62,257 nucleotides of DNA from Trichinella spiralis (Eukaryota), in the NCBI RefSeq assembly GCF_000181795.1, contig NW_003526943.1, forward strand, positions 8,845,472-8,907,728, in the 5' to 3' direction. The position numbers were made by a program, and so were the translations under genes. Below, piece by piece: positions 29,163-41,500 of the stretch. Below the pieces are notes generated by a model, which was not told the DNA's origin, ran no database searches, and saw only the letters and a program-made list of their open reading frames with translations. Every line of letters starts with the position of its first letter. Position 1 is the first letter of the stretch.

Positions 29163-30471
29163 TTAATTAGTAAATATTCTAATCTGATGAAAAGACTGTA
29201 ACAATTAATTTTTCATTTTCATTTGTTTATTTGTTGCAGGTTTTTTTAACCTGTGAAGCCAAAAAATATTATTTATTTATTTCCGTTCATTACAACAATA
29301 ACCTGCAAACATCAATCATTAATTATTATTATTATTTGTATTAATATTTTGAATTTATCATCTTGTTAGTATATTCTGTAATAAAATCGAAACAATGTAC
29401 ATTTCATCGCAACACTAGTGATACACGCACGCATCGAGCAATTGTTTTTTCAGCTTTTCATTAAAAATTAATATATATTTACATTGTCTGCTTGGATAGA
29501 TTTCAGTTAAATGTGAAATTACGATTTAATTTTCAAATGAAACTTCCCATTCGTTCAATCTATTTACAGACCTTGTAATCAACAAAGTATTTTTCTTCTG
29601 TCAGTATACTTCTCGGCTTAAAAATAGCAACGCTGAACATATGTATATAGTTATAATTTTAATGAAATTAAATTACGCTTGAATACATTTTTTTATACAT
29701 TGAATATTGTGACATGAAAAGCATCATTGTGCTGAAACAGTGAACTGCAATTTCATCAATCGCTGTTGCGTTCTTTTTCATCAGTTATTATTCAGCAGAA
29801 GTCATGAATTTCAAAAAAAAAATTTATACACCGATTTTTTGACATGCAAATTTTTACACACAATAAAATAAAGCAATTTAAATTTACAAATTGATCTGCA
29901 ATCTATCGCATTGCATTTGCAAATACAATTTTTTTCTAATACTGAAAAGAAGAAAAAAACAGCACATGCATACATAGTATTAAATGTTTTACTACTACTT
30001 CCTCAACCACTTTTTTCTCCACGCAAACATTTTATTATTATGGAGCGACTACACCACCATCTTAAAGAAAATAAAAACAATATGTAAATAGGAGAAAACG
30101 GCAAAACTAAAGCAACACTGGTTATATTAATAGTGTGTTGTTGAAGAAAAATATTCAACCGATAGTTATGGCCTGATGGATATTGGGCTAAGTAGATGCT
30201 AATTATACACTAAAAGATGTGGGGTAAAACGAGAAGTAGAATCAATAAGTTTCAAGATTTCGTCCAAGCAATTTTCTCACGCATCATTGTGAGAACAAAC
30301 AATATCATAACAATCGTGTACAAAGCTCAGGGTAAAGGAATAAATGGATAAATGGCAACTTGTAAATATGCCAACTGGGAAATAAAACAAACATAAATTA
30401 ATAAATAATATAAGGAAGAAGATGAGGGTTAAAAAATTGCACACATTTCTTTTCGTTCAAATTGTTGCTGA

Positions 30472-32684
30472 TCACAAATTTTCTTCAAAATACTTATAAG
30501 CAGGATTTTCGTAGCCGCTAATCTGCATGTTGGCTACGTGTCGTTCTTCAGGTGTACATGCGCTGACCTGTGACAAATAAATAAATAAATATATATATAC
30601 TTTTGAATATCTTTAGCTTTTAGAATTTTAAAAATGAACATACTTCGATAAATCCTTGTCCAGCATGATTTGCTCTGTGTCGCATGAAAAATATGCCACA
30701 AATCACCGCCGCAATCAGAGACACTCCAGCAATGGAAAAGAATATGAAACTGTGATCAATATATTTCGATGCACTCTTTCCGATACTTTTCTCTTGGAAT
30801 ACCTTTAAAAAAATAGATTTTTTTTATAAAAAAATAATTCATATTTAGTATAAATTACAAAATCATGAACAATATCTTGTTTCTTGTTCAACAGACTAAT
30901 GTCTTCCTCGACTACATGAATATTACGAAGTGGCAAACTAGAAATTGTCTGCTCTTGTCGTTGTACAGGATCGATGGTATTTTCAGTAATTTCTTTGCGT
31001 TGTACTTTCACCGAAGGTGCAAGGGTGATTATTTGGTCAACAGTCAGTTTTCTATTATCTAAATAAATTTTTATAAAAGCAGATTTAACAGAAAAAAAAT
31101 AGAACAGAGTTTTTATTCTTCATCATATTACATGCATTGTTGTTGCCAATGATGCGCGCCTGATACATATTCAACAGCTGATGATACTGAGCAGAGGTAA
31201 GATAGCCATCCGGGAATGTTTCCGCAATGTCGGGTGTATTCTCACGTCGGTATGTGTGGAAGAAATCTTCTGCAAAAAAAAGGGCATAAAAAATTAAAAA
31301 AATATCCAACAACAACAACAACAATAAGCCACACCTATTGCAGTTCGGACTTTTTTGTCGATCTCGGGATGGAATTTCAAAAGGGATATCGTAGCGTTGA
31401 TACGGCGGTCGATGTCGACCAATTTGTTCAGCACATCCGATTTGAAGAAAATACTCTCCTGCGGCTTGGATCGAAGCATGTGCCGGTAGTGGTTGAGAAG
31501 ATGCACCCGGTCCTTTTCCTCTGCCCTGACGTAGGCTTTCAACGTGCGAAGTATAGCGTGGGCCGGCGGTGGTCCGGCCACGTCGTACAGCTGATGAAAT
31601 TCTTTCAAAGCCAGACGCTTCTTTTCGTTCAAATTCGCCATCACCCTCTGCTGGTGGATGTCTTCAATTTGATGACGTTCATCCGCATTCTCTTCTTCCA
31701 ACGCGGCAACAGTTTTTTGGAAGCGCTACAATTAAATTACAAAGAAATAAAAAAAAACAGTTAATAATTCTCATATTCGAAATTTGAAAACAAAACACAC
31801 AACAACTCTACATACCATGTTCATTTCATTTTTAAATGATTCCGCATGCTTTGGATCTCTTCTTTTCATTTCTTGATATCTATTTTCCAATTCGGACCAC
31901 TCTTTCATCACCTTCAATTGAAAACAACGCAAAAAATACTGTCGAAAAAATATTCCAAACCATATCATATATAATACTTTGGAAACTTTCTTGTGATGCA
32001 CTTTTGTCAAATGTTCCAAAGCATTCTTGTACGCTTCGTGTTCAATTTCTGGATCCGCAACGCGAAGATATGCGGACTTTTCGTTGTCAGTATCCGCAGC
32101 TTCGTTCTCTGCATCGTCGTCGTCGTCATCGTCATCATCTTCTTCGTAATCTTCTTCTACAAGTGCAAAAAAAACAGACTGTTGATGTGGTCGACAACTC
32201 TATTTTAAATCACCATCACCCACCATCATCATCTTCATCTTCATCATCATCAGCGGCTGTTTTCGGAGATGCTGTAGTCAGCAAAGCAGGCGGTGGTACT
32301 GTAGAATGAGTTCTTGTAGTAGTAGTGGTGGTGGTTGTCACCGCGGGTGGATATTCTTCACTGTCGTTTGGTATTGCTGGTCCGTATAATTCGTTGTCAC
32401 GATCTCTGCTCGACTGCATGCGGATCGACAGTCTGCCAACGTTGACCACATCGGCATTGATGTCGTCTCTGTTCGGACACATACGAACTCCACGCCCGAT
32501 AAACGTCCAACACCCCCCACGGGTTCAAGCATGGTGAACGACAAAACCGAATAGGAATTGCGTCGTTGCAATTTTTGATTGCCGTCTGATTCCAATAATC
32601 GAAATCTTTGCATATATTTTCATCGTCACATGCTCGAAATGACATTTTTTGGGCACCAGCAGTGCGTCGCTTTCGATTCACCAC
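30472..32684 (-). CDS. apl-1: Amyloid precursor protein family member (APL-1/APP-like); 5' exons lost in the gap at 32723-32732
   Basis: CuBD remnants ([25 protein letters not shown]), acidic and Thr-rich linker, E2 domain ([54 protein letters not shown]), TM helix, and tail [35 protein letters not shown]. Confidence 0.95.
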
Positions 32685-32732
32685 TATAGAACAAAAACAA
32701 AGTCAGTCAGTCAGTCAGTCAGNNNNNNNNNN

Positions 32733-32790
32733 AAATTATCTCGATCAGAGTAAACTTCCGGGTGTGATATCAGAATAGTGAAATAATCTG
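32733..32790. repeat. Near-duplicate of the sequence upstream of the MULE ORF (38476-38531)
   Basis: Both contain gtaaacttccgggtgtgatatcagaata.tga(a)ataatc and both sit at contig ends next to N gaps. Confidence 0.75.
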
Positions 32791-33754
32791 TGTGAAAATC
32801 TGGAATGGTTGTAGCAACGCTTCCTAATGTCCGGGGTTGCAAGTGGCAATAATGCTAGCGTTACGCGTTAGGTTACAAGTTTCACATCAGCTATTCGCAT
32901 GATTCACGCACATGCCTTTGTCAAACAGTCTTCGCTTAGCTCGTCACCTCTCATATGTTGGTAAAGGCGATTATAAGACAAAGGAAAAATGCGCAATGAC
33001 AAATCGTTCGCAGTTGCAGCTTTCCAGCTAAACCATGGAGTGACAGCTACTACATTGTTAGCATCTGATTAATTTTCTGATTGTAGTGTGGAAGTGTTCT
33101 ATTCAAATCTTTCCAAGAATTTTACTTTTAATCTTTATAATGTTTCTTTCTTTTTGAAACATTCATCTCTGCTTCTTTTGCATGCCGATGAGCTTTGCTG
33201 TTTGTACGAATAATTTTGTTAGACGTTCACTTGTTACACAAAATAATTTGAAAATGCAACAACAACAACAATAAACCCTAAGCGCTGCTTCTGATCCTGA
33301 ATGTTGAACATGAATTATTATTGAATCATTGAATTACAAGTTGAAAGTTGCAAATGCAAATGAAAAGTAATGGCAACTTATATGTTCACCAACTCTCTAG
33401 TTGGTTTAATTCACATGTTGAAAAACAAAGTTTACAATTTACACCAAATTTATAAATAAATTTGTTTTTTGATTTGTAAATAGTTGTAGCTGTGGTGGTG
33501 CCGCATTCCAGATTTTTAAAACAGATTATCGATTTTCCTACATCATATCATCCCTAGAAGTGGAAACTGAATCGAGATAACGAATTTGAACAAGCAAAAA
33601 ATTCAGTTAAAAACCGTAGGAGAGGGTTGACATTTATGATGTTGAACGGGTCCCGTACCAGAATCAGAATGGATGACATTCCTATGAACAATGTTTAAGG
33701 TCTCAATTAAAAGAAAATTTTCTTTTCTTTTAGTATTCCGTGTATAATCTTCAC

Positions 33755-33880
33755 GTCTGATAATTCTGAATTGCGTGTTGTAAGTAACCGTTGCGGTGGA
33801 TTGTCCCTTTTCTTTGAAGGAAGGGCATATAAACTGAAGCATACCCGCAAACAGAAAAAATATTGTGTAGTTGTTCCAAA
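33755..33880 (+). pseudogene. FLYWCH-like N-terminal fragment of a MULE transposase
   Basis: The + strand reads SDNSELRVVSNRCGGLSLFFEGRAYKLKHTRKQKKYC, which parallels the N-terminus of the MULE at 38344 (LHLVLNRQNNYNLVYEGGSHVLKHT). Confidence 0.6.
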
Positions 33881-34091
33881 GTATATTCTCAGTGTACAAC
33901 ATGTGTCCATTGTTATAAAATATTAGTTAACTTTGGTGAAGGTTAAAATACGGTACAGGAGTGCAATGTGTATAAATTTAGAAGTTACGGATGCTATTAG
34001 TAAGAAAGATCACGTGGACTCACCATTTCACTGAATTTCATTAAATAATTAATTGTAATTTCACTATATAAATATCATAAAATAGTAATTT

Positions 34092-34269
34092 TCTAATATA
34101 TATACATATATACAGCAGATAAATAGTAAAGCCTTGAATATCAGAAAATTGACCATTAAAATTAAATCAAAATTTGACAAATAGCACGCATTACAATGAC
34201 AACCAGTAAAAATTTAGGTTTGCGACAACGAATAAAACTCATCGCAACAGCAACTAATGAAATTTAGCC
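34092..34269 (+). repeat. About 175-bp diverged inverted copy of 36277-36448 (candidate Helitron 5' end or TIR)
   Basis: tctaatatatatacatat...gaccattaaaa...aaaatttgacaaatag...atgacaaccagtaaaa...catcgcaacagcaactaatgaaatttagcc aligns with the reverse complement of 36277-36448. Confidence 0.85.
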
Positions 34270-34954
34270 GGCATGAATCGCAAGATGTTGGATAATTGTA
34301 GCTTATTTCTAAATTTGTTTTTAATTCCATATATTGCTGAAAATCCAATTTCGTACAAGTAGGAAGTAGTAAAAAGAAACAGCACTTTTAATGCTGCGGT
34401 GATAAGAGTTGGATATGTGTTTTAACCCTAATTTAGGCGGCAAATTTTACACCTTAATCCGGGCATCTATCTACATATGTAGACACTAGAAGTTTCATCA
34501 TGATGTAAAATGATTATTTTTTCAGAACTAATGATAATTTCACAAATAATTATTTGTTTTGTTACATGCAAGCGCTACACGATATTTTAGTGATTTATGG
34601 GTGCTACGTATATATTTTATTACATGAATAGCAGCGGTTTTACGTTGATTTTCGACGTTCTTGCTCTCGGCTTTTTGATGGATTTTAACATTTTGNNNNN
34701 NNNNNGGCATCACATAGGTCCGTAAAAACAAGGATGCGTATCTTGGCAAATGTGTTCTTCCCGAGTGATGCATGTATATGATACAGAAAGCAAGATGACG
34801 GTTGTGCAGACAGAAAGAAGTGTTGGTGCATGGTAGTATTACGCACTGACACTGCTTACTCATCGGCAAATACATGGACAGCGATCTAGCCAAAATCTGT
34901 TATACTAAGATAGGTGAGGCATAGCATCGACGATGGCTGATCATCTGAGCGAAT

Positions 34955-35690
34955 GAACTACCGGAAGCCGCACGGATGTGCCGATGGCAAGGATTCACCA
35001 CACATGAAATTTCACTCCTAGAATCACGGCATTGTATAGCTGCTTCAGCTATGATATCAGTACTCTAGCAACAACATTTGATTGCAGTTTGAACTGCCTG
35101 GACTACCGGAAGTGCAGTATTGTCCCTCGCAAGGATTCACCACACATGAAAGTGAACTCCTAGAAGCACGGCATTGTATAGCTGCTTCAGCTATGATATT
35201 AGTACTCTAGCAACAACATTTGATTGCAGTTTGAACTGCCTGGACTACCGGAAGCGCAGTGTTGTCTCTCGCAAGGATTCACCACACATGAAAGTGAACT
35301 CCTAGAAGCACGGCATTGTATAGCTGCTTCAGCTATGATATTAGTACTCTAGCAACAACATTTGATTGCAGTTTGAACTGCCTGGACTACCGGAAGTGCA
35401 GTATTGTCCCTCGCAAGGATTCACCACACATGAAAGTGAACTCCTAGAAGCACGGCATTATAAAGCCGCTTCAGCCATGATATTAGTACTCTGGCAACAA
35501 AATTTGATTGCAGTTTGAACTGCCTGGACTACCGGAAGCGCAGTGTTGTCCTTCGCAAAGATTCAACACACATGAAATTCAACTCCTAGAAGCACGGCAT
35601 TATAAAGCCACTTCAGCTATGATATTAGAACTGAAGCAACAACATTTGATTGCAATTTGAACTGCCTGGACTACCTGAAGAGCAGTGATG
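34955..35690. repeat. 142-bp tandem repeat array, about 5 copies
   Basis: The unit ACCGGAAGCGCAGTGTTGTCCCTCGCAAGGATTCACCACACATGAAAGTGAACTCCTAGAAGCACGGCATT...GAACTGCCTGGACT starts at 34960 (degenerate), 35105, 35247, 35389, 35531 and 35673; period 142 from 35105 onward. Confidence 0.95.
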
Positions 35691-35699
35691 TCAAAGAGG

Positions 35700-35940
35700 C
35701 GCAGCCGGTCCCCGGAATAGATGAAATGCCGGTTGGTCGGTCTAGTGGTCCTAAGTGGTTCTCTACATTGGACTTCGCATCAGGTTATTGGCAGGCGAAG
35801 GTGCGCTCTGAAGACCGCCCGAAGGCACCATTTACCACTTTTATGTCATGCCGTTCGGATTGCTCAACGCTCCTGCGGCTTTTTGATGATATTCATGATT
35901 TGCTGAAGGATCTGAACTGGAAAGTGTGTTGTCTGCTTGG
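35700..35940 (+). pseudogene. Degenerate Gypsy reverse transcriptase fragment
   Basis: PGIDEM...KWFSTLDFASGYWQAKVRSEDRPKAPFTT matches the Gypsy RT motif P.ID....F.TLDL.SGYWQ......D..KTAF.T, followed by LLKDLNWKVC. Confidence 0.85.
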
Positions 35941-35985
35941 ATGCAGGTTTACAAGTTAATTGAAATTGGCGGACGGCTTTGCAAA

Positions 35986-36448
35986 CTAGTCGTAGCGTAT
36001 ATATTTATTCGTTATTATTGTGCATGGATTTTTTCGTTCTTTTTGTATTGTATATCGTTTCACCCTGTACATATTGTAATATGGTTCAAATTTGTTTGTT
36101 GTTGTAAAATAAAACTTTAAATATTATATATTTTCCTAGTTTTGATAGGCGTTTGACAAATAGCAAAAGGTGGTAGACCCTGAGTATTCATCAAAGACAT
36201 GCCGCTTCACACTTTGATTGGTTGTAAATTTTGCGTAGAACTCTGATTGGTTTTGAATTTTATTGGTTTACACGGTGGCTAAATTTCATTAGATGTTGTT
36301 GCGATGAATTTCACTCGCTGTTGGGAATCTCAATTTTACTGGTTGTCATTTTCATGCATTCTATTTGACAAATTTTGGTTTCTTTTTAATGGTCACTTTT
36401 TTATTCTAAGCTTTACTGTTTATCTTCTATATGTATATTAGTAGTAGC
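35986..36448 (-). mobile_element. Putative short non-autonomous Helitron-like element
   Basis: The minus strand starts (g)CTACTACTAATATACAT and ends CGCTACGACTAG|T. Its 5' 175 bp recur at 34092, and its CTAG-terminated 3' part recurs at 38661, 41014 and 43394 with a different flank. No clear terminal hairpin. Confidence 0.45.
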
Positions 36449-36884
36449 TAAATTATACATTTAAAAGCCGACTAGCAATTTAAAATTATAAGTTTATTAA
36501 CAAATTTGCTTGTGGTTTCATTTTTGTGTATAATTATATTCATGAAACTGCTGATCAGATCTAAGAAATTCGTTTTTGTTAAACTGACTTGGTTTATTGC
36601 GTGTATACTATTGAGCATTTTAAAGACCTTGTTTAATGGTTTGCTATCTATTAATTTGTTTCTTAATTTGGTGAAGTGAAATATAATATTATTAGAAAGA
36701 GTAGTAGAAAGTAGAAAGTAGTAGAAATTATTCAATGGCAAATACTACAATAGAATGGAAGTCAATATAATACAATGCAATGAAATTCAAAATAATACAA
36801 AGACAATATACTATACTATAATAAAAACAAAATACTATACAAAGAATAAGAAAATACTAAATAAAAGTGCAAAAAAGGTGGCCC

Positions 36885-38344
36885 TTAGAAATTCAACGGC
36901 TCCGGAACATCATACGCCACCGCTCTTAAGAACTGCTCCATTGTACGCCTTCCGCCATCATATTCTGCCGTCAGGGCAGTTATGCGCAACTACACATCTT
37001 CATATTTGCTGTTTTTTACCCGTAAATGATTGGCGGTAAGGCATCCTGATGCCACTTGCTCTATCAACGTTTCCGTTGATCCCTGCTCATCGATCAGCAA
37101 ACGGAGCAGTTCGTAAAAGCTGAGGTGGCGTTTTCCTGCTTGCCGGTTCATTCTAAAGTGCCAGCCTTCTAAATGGTTGTTAGTGCGTATTTGTACAAGA
37201 TACACGTTCCAAAGCGGCATACGATTAGGGGTCATCGATTCCTGTCTAAAATATTCAAATAAGGCTGCTACTGAACCCGTAACATCTCTGCCAAGCAGAT
37301 CCACGGCTTCAGGTATTTCGTGAAGCGGCAAAAATGCTGTTGCCATCAGCATTTTTATTATTTTTTTTGTTTCCGCTTCATGAAGATACCTCGTCCGCAG
37401 TCCAAGATCTGCCACCTTCCGCAGAACTGCTTGGCAGAAATGAAAGTAGCAGCCTTGGACCTGGACCCCCGGAGACGATACCTGCACCGCAGGGATAAGG
37501 GCAGTTTCGAAATCGCAAATCACAGTTTGCGGCTGAAGGACAACCCCTAACGCTGCCGCTTTTACTGTTAAAGTATCAAAAATTTCACAATAACAAATTA
37601 CGTCTTTTCTAACAGTCAAACTATATACAAGAGGAATTAATTTTGATTCTTTAAATACATGAATGGTGAACAGTTGCTGGTACCATTCAGGAACAATTTT
37701 AAATGTTCCGTCCATGCACCAGACAGACTGTCCAGCCAATTCCCGTAAATCTTCCTCTGTACAAAATATTAAAACGGAATCATTTACATTATTATACATC
37801 AAAAACTGCCGCCCCGACTTTGTTACACGTCAGTGTGCTGGAATTTCCAGCTGCTACCGTGTTGCCGGCAGTGGGGGAATACGTTTAGCCTGGCTTCTGT
37901 ACATAGCCGATTTCACACTTCTGAATGTTGGAAACTGACCAGCAGTTTCTAAGCTGGTGGATGCATTGCTGCATTCTTCGTTATATATCTGCGGCACAGG
38001 CTTCGTTTCCTCCCCTGCGCGGCGTTTAAGAGTGTTCCTCTTCTCCATTTTATACAATATGCAGTCGTCGGCAGTGCACGTTTCTGCATGCGGTGCTGTT
38101 CTCAAAACAGTGCTTACTTCGAGGTTGGTGTAAACTGCACTCCTACATCCACCTTTTATCTACATGAGAAATCAGAATGCTGACTGATAAAAATGGAATA
38201 TTACAATAATAAATTATTACTCACACGACTACAAGTCCACTGTTTTTCATCAAAATTTGTGTGTTTCAGGACGTGAGATCCACCTTCATACACCAAATTA
38301 TAGTTATTTTGCCTATTTAAAACCAAATGCAAATTATCAGCCAT
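36885..38344 (-). mobile_element. FLYWCH-MULE (Mutator-like) DDE transposase pseudogene
   Basis: ATG 38344, phase-0 intron 38160-38224, then WCMDGTFK, ICDFE, GCYFHF (CxxH) and TNNHLEGWH. In-frame stops at 37854, about 37830 and 36990; the frame continues to AVAYDVPEPLNF* at 36885. Confidence 0.92.
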
Positions 38345-38541
38345 GACAGAAAACAAATCAGAACAGTCAAGCACAGAGACAAGTGATAGAATGGTGAAAA
38401 GGAGGTTCGTTACTGATTATATATATATATATAAATCTGCTCCCAGTGTTTGTAAATAAATTTGTTGCCTGTTGAAATTTATCTAGATTTGATGTAAACT
38501 TCCGGGTGTGATATCAGAATACTGAATAATCNNNNNNNNNN

Positions 38542-41500
38542 CCGGAAGCCCAGTGTGTTTCCCTCGCAAGGATTCACCACACATGAAAGTGAACTCCTAG
38601 AAGCACGGCATTATAAGGCCGATTCAGCTATGATATTAGTACTCAAGCAACAATATTTGACTAGTCGTAGCGTATATATTTATTCGTTATTATTGTGCAT
38701 CGATTTTTTCGTTCTTATTGTATTGTATATCTTTTCACCAAACTTGTTTCTTGTTGTAAAATAAAACTTTATATATTATATTTGTTCAGTTGTGAAGGTC
38801 GTTTTAGGAATAGCAGAAAAGTGTGTGCCCAAAATATTGTTTTGTGAGCAGGGAAAATTTAAAGATATAAAGGGATCACTTATAATAATAAAATAATGTT
38901 ATGTAATCAATGAAGTGTGAAAAATTAAGTATTTTAAAGCATTTCTTAGTGCATCGTTTTGAAAAGAAAATATTCCTTCACTTTAACAACAAAGGAATTA
39001 ATATCACTGTGCTTAAGTAAAAGGTGTATGTCAATCATCTTTCTTCATTTTATGCTTGAAAATGCACATGTTAAAACAGTAAAATTTAAGAATTGAAACA
39101 TGAAGCTTAAAAATATTTAGTTCGGAAATGCTATAAATAATCTTTGTTAATAACGTAAAAATAAGTTGTGAAGGAGCATTTTACTGTTAGATGAAAATTT
39201 AATAGTTACACCTTAAAAGCCTGTCTCCCAAAGTTACGGTTAAGCGGTTAACAGTTGACCTGGAGGAGCCAAATGGCCGTGACGCCGTGGACTAATTGAA
39301 GATCAGGGATACGAAGCCTGGCAGCTTACTGGAAGCAGATGATATTTAGAGCAGCGCCTCATATAGCAAACGCCCTCCCCACCCCGCGGCGAACGAGCTG
39401 TTCATTGGCTGTTCGAGTTAGCCACCCGCTGGGCCGCTAACACCGGGGCTCTAAATATAAAGCCACGAAGAGCGCAACCGCAACACAGTAGTAGTGCACG
39501 GCAGAAGCACAGCGCAAGAGAAGCGAGATCGAATCCGAGAAAACTGAACCCAAGCCCTAGTTGACGATACCAGAGACCAGCGTACACCGTGTTCACAAAA
39601 CCATACAGTCCACTGACGAATTCCTGACAGCCGAACGTCTGTCATTTGTACCTGATTATCATTTACAGTCGGCTGTAGCTTGTTGTTACAACTAATTCAG
39701 GGATTTAAATAATTGAAAAAGACGATTAAGTACTCAGAAAACGGTGGTAAGAAGTCATAAATGTCACATATTGCATGAACTGCAGAAAAAGATATGCCAC
39801 CGCAGAACGAACTACCAACCGATCGGTAGAAGGAATTCCTATAGCACCTGATTATCAGAAACATAACGGTAGATGGCGGCCGTGGCGAGCGACGTGGTTG
39901 ACGTCAGGGGTGTTTGTGCTCATTTGTTTGTCGCTCGTGGTATGCTAAATCACTGTGATTGTTGGCAGCACGATCTAATAAATGCCACAATCCACTTTTC
40001 CGTTGTTTTCTTCTTTTATGCCGAATGTTTTCGTCATAAGATCACTAGAGATTACAATGACCGACGTGATAGTACTGAAACGGAGTCCGATGCGCCAGCA
40101 CGTTACGTCTTTGAAATGAAGTAAGTGCTTCTTCGATTTGTGTTGTTCCCAGCTATCGACGTTTACGATAAAGAATGCAAGATCTTGGTTGTCCAGACCT
40201 GAAGAATTTCTCGTGCTTCAAAGTATTCCGAACTAACAGTGATTCGTCATCGGCCGCTATTTGCTTGGCGATGTAGCCTGTAAATGTTCTATTCAGCGTG
40301 GTGAGGCAACCGAGTGAAGAGCGCTGAGTAGCAGAGCGGTACAAAGCGGCGCGGAGGTGTCGAAACGAATGGCAAAGACAAAGACAGCAGGCTGGGCGTA
40401 ATGGTGGATAGGAGTAAATGTTGGAAAGAGTGTCAACAAAGGCTCGTCATCTTTCTGAACGAAGATTATCTTGGGCGGACGGATGTGGATGGGTGGTAGA
40501 TTTTGGAACCACCTTTTCATGCAAGACTTTGAATCTGTGCAGAATTCAGCCCTCAGATTACATTTCTGGGATATATTGGATATTGTTAAAAAACACTTTC
40601 ATTTGAGCCTGAGAATCCAGATCAGCTACCATAACCCAGAAGTTTGGCAATGTGTGACGTCAGAGTTTCGATGTGTACGCATTATGGTGTGTGAGCGACG
40701 CGATTAGTGCGTGTGGTTTTGTTTGCTCGTGATCATTGAATTGTTGTCCAGAAGCGGAAGCGCAGTGTTGTCCTTCGCAAAGATTCAACACACATGAAAT
40801 TGGACTCCGAGAAGCACGGCATTACATAGCCACTTCAGCTATGATATTAGTACTCTAGCAACAACATTTGATTGCAGTTTGAACTGCCTGGACTACCGGA
40901 AGCGCAGTGTTGTCCTTCGCAAAGATTCAACATACATGAAAGTGAACTCCTAGAAGCACGGCATTATAAAGCCGCTTCAGCTATGATATTAGTACTCAAG
41001 CAACAATATTTGACTAGTCGTAGCGTATATATTTATTCGTTATTATTGTGCATCGATTTTTTCGTTCTTATTGTATTGTATATCTTTTCACCAAACTTGT
41101 TTCTTGTTGTAAAATAAAACTTTATATATTATATTTGTTCAGTTGTGAAGGTCGTTTTAGGAATAGCAGAAAAGTGTGTGCCCAAAATATTGTTTTGTGA
41201 GCAGGGAAAATTTAAAGATATAAAGGGATCACTTATAATAGTAAAATAATGTTATGTAATCAATGAAGTGTGAAAAATTAAGTATTTTAAAGCATTTCTT
41301 AGTGCATCGTTTTGAAAAGAAAATATTCCTTCACTTTAACAACAAAGGAATTAATATCACTGTGCTTAAGTAAAAGGTGTATGTCAATCATCTTTCTTCA
41401 TTTTATGCTTGAAAATGCACATGTTAAAACAGTAAAATTTAAGAATTGAAACATGAAGCTTAAAAATATTTAGTTCGGAAATGCTATAAATAATCTTTGT

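Noticed and set aside
32460..32700. Frameshifts in the apl-1 copper-binding domain exon (pseudogene or programmed frameshift)
   Set aside because: The motifs are split over three frames only within about 250 bp of a contig end and the rest of the gene is intact, so low-quality consensus is the likelier cause.
34955..35690. CRISPR-like array
   Set aside because: Whole 142-bp units repeat with no unique spacers, there are no cas genes, and the context is eukaryotic.
36990..37856. CpG-methylation-driven inactivation of the MULE
   Set aside because: The inferred CAG>TAG and TGG>TGA changes are not in CpG context, and three events are too few to infer a mechanism.
40100..40155. Spliced-leader RNA gene in the tandem unit (tgaa-gtaagt)
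   Set aside because: No recognisable leader ending in AG|GT and no convincing Sm site; no 5S rRNA or tRNA seen in the unit.
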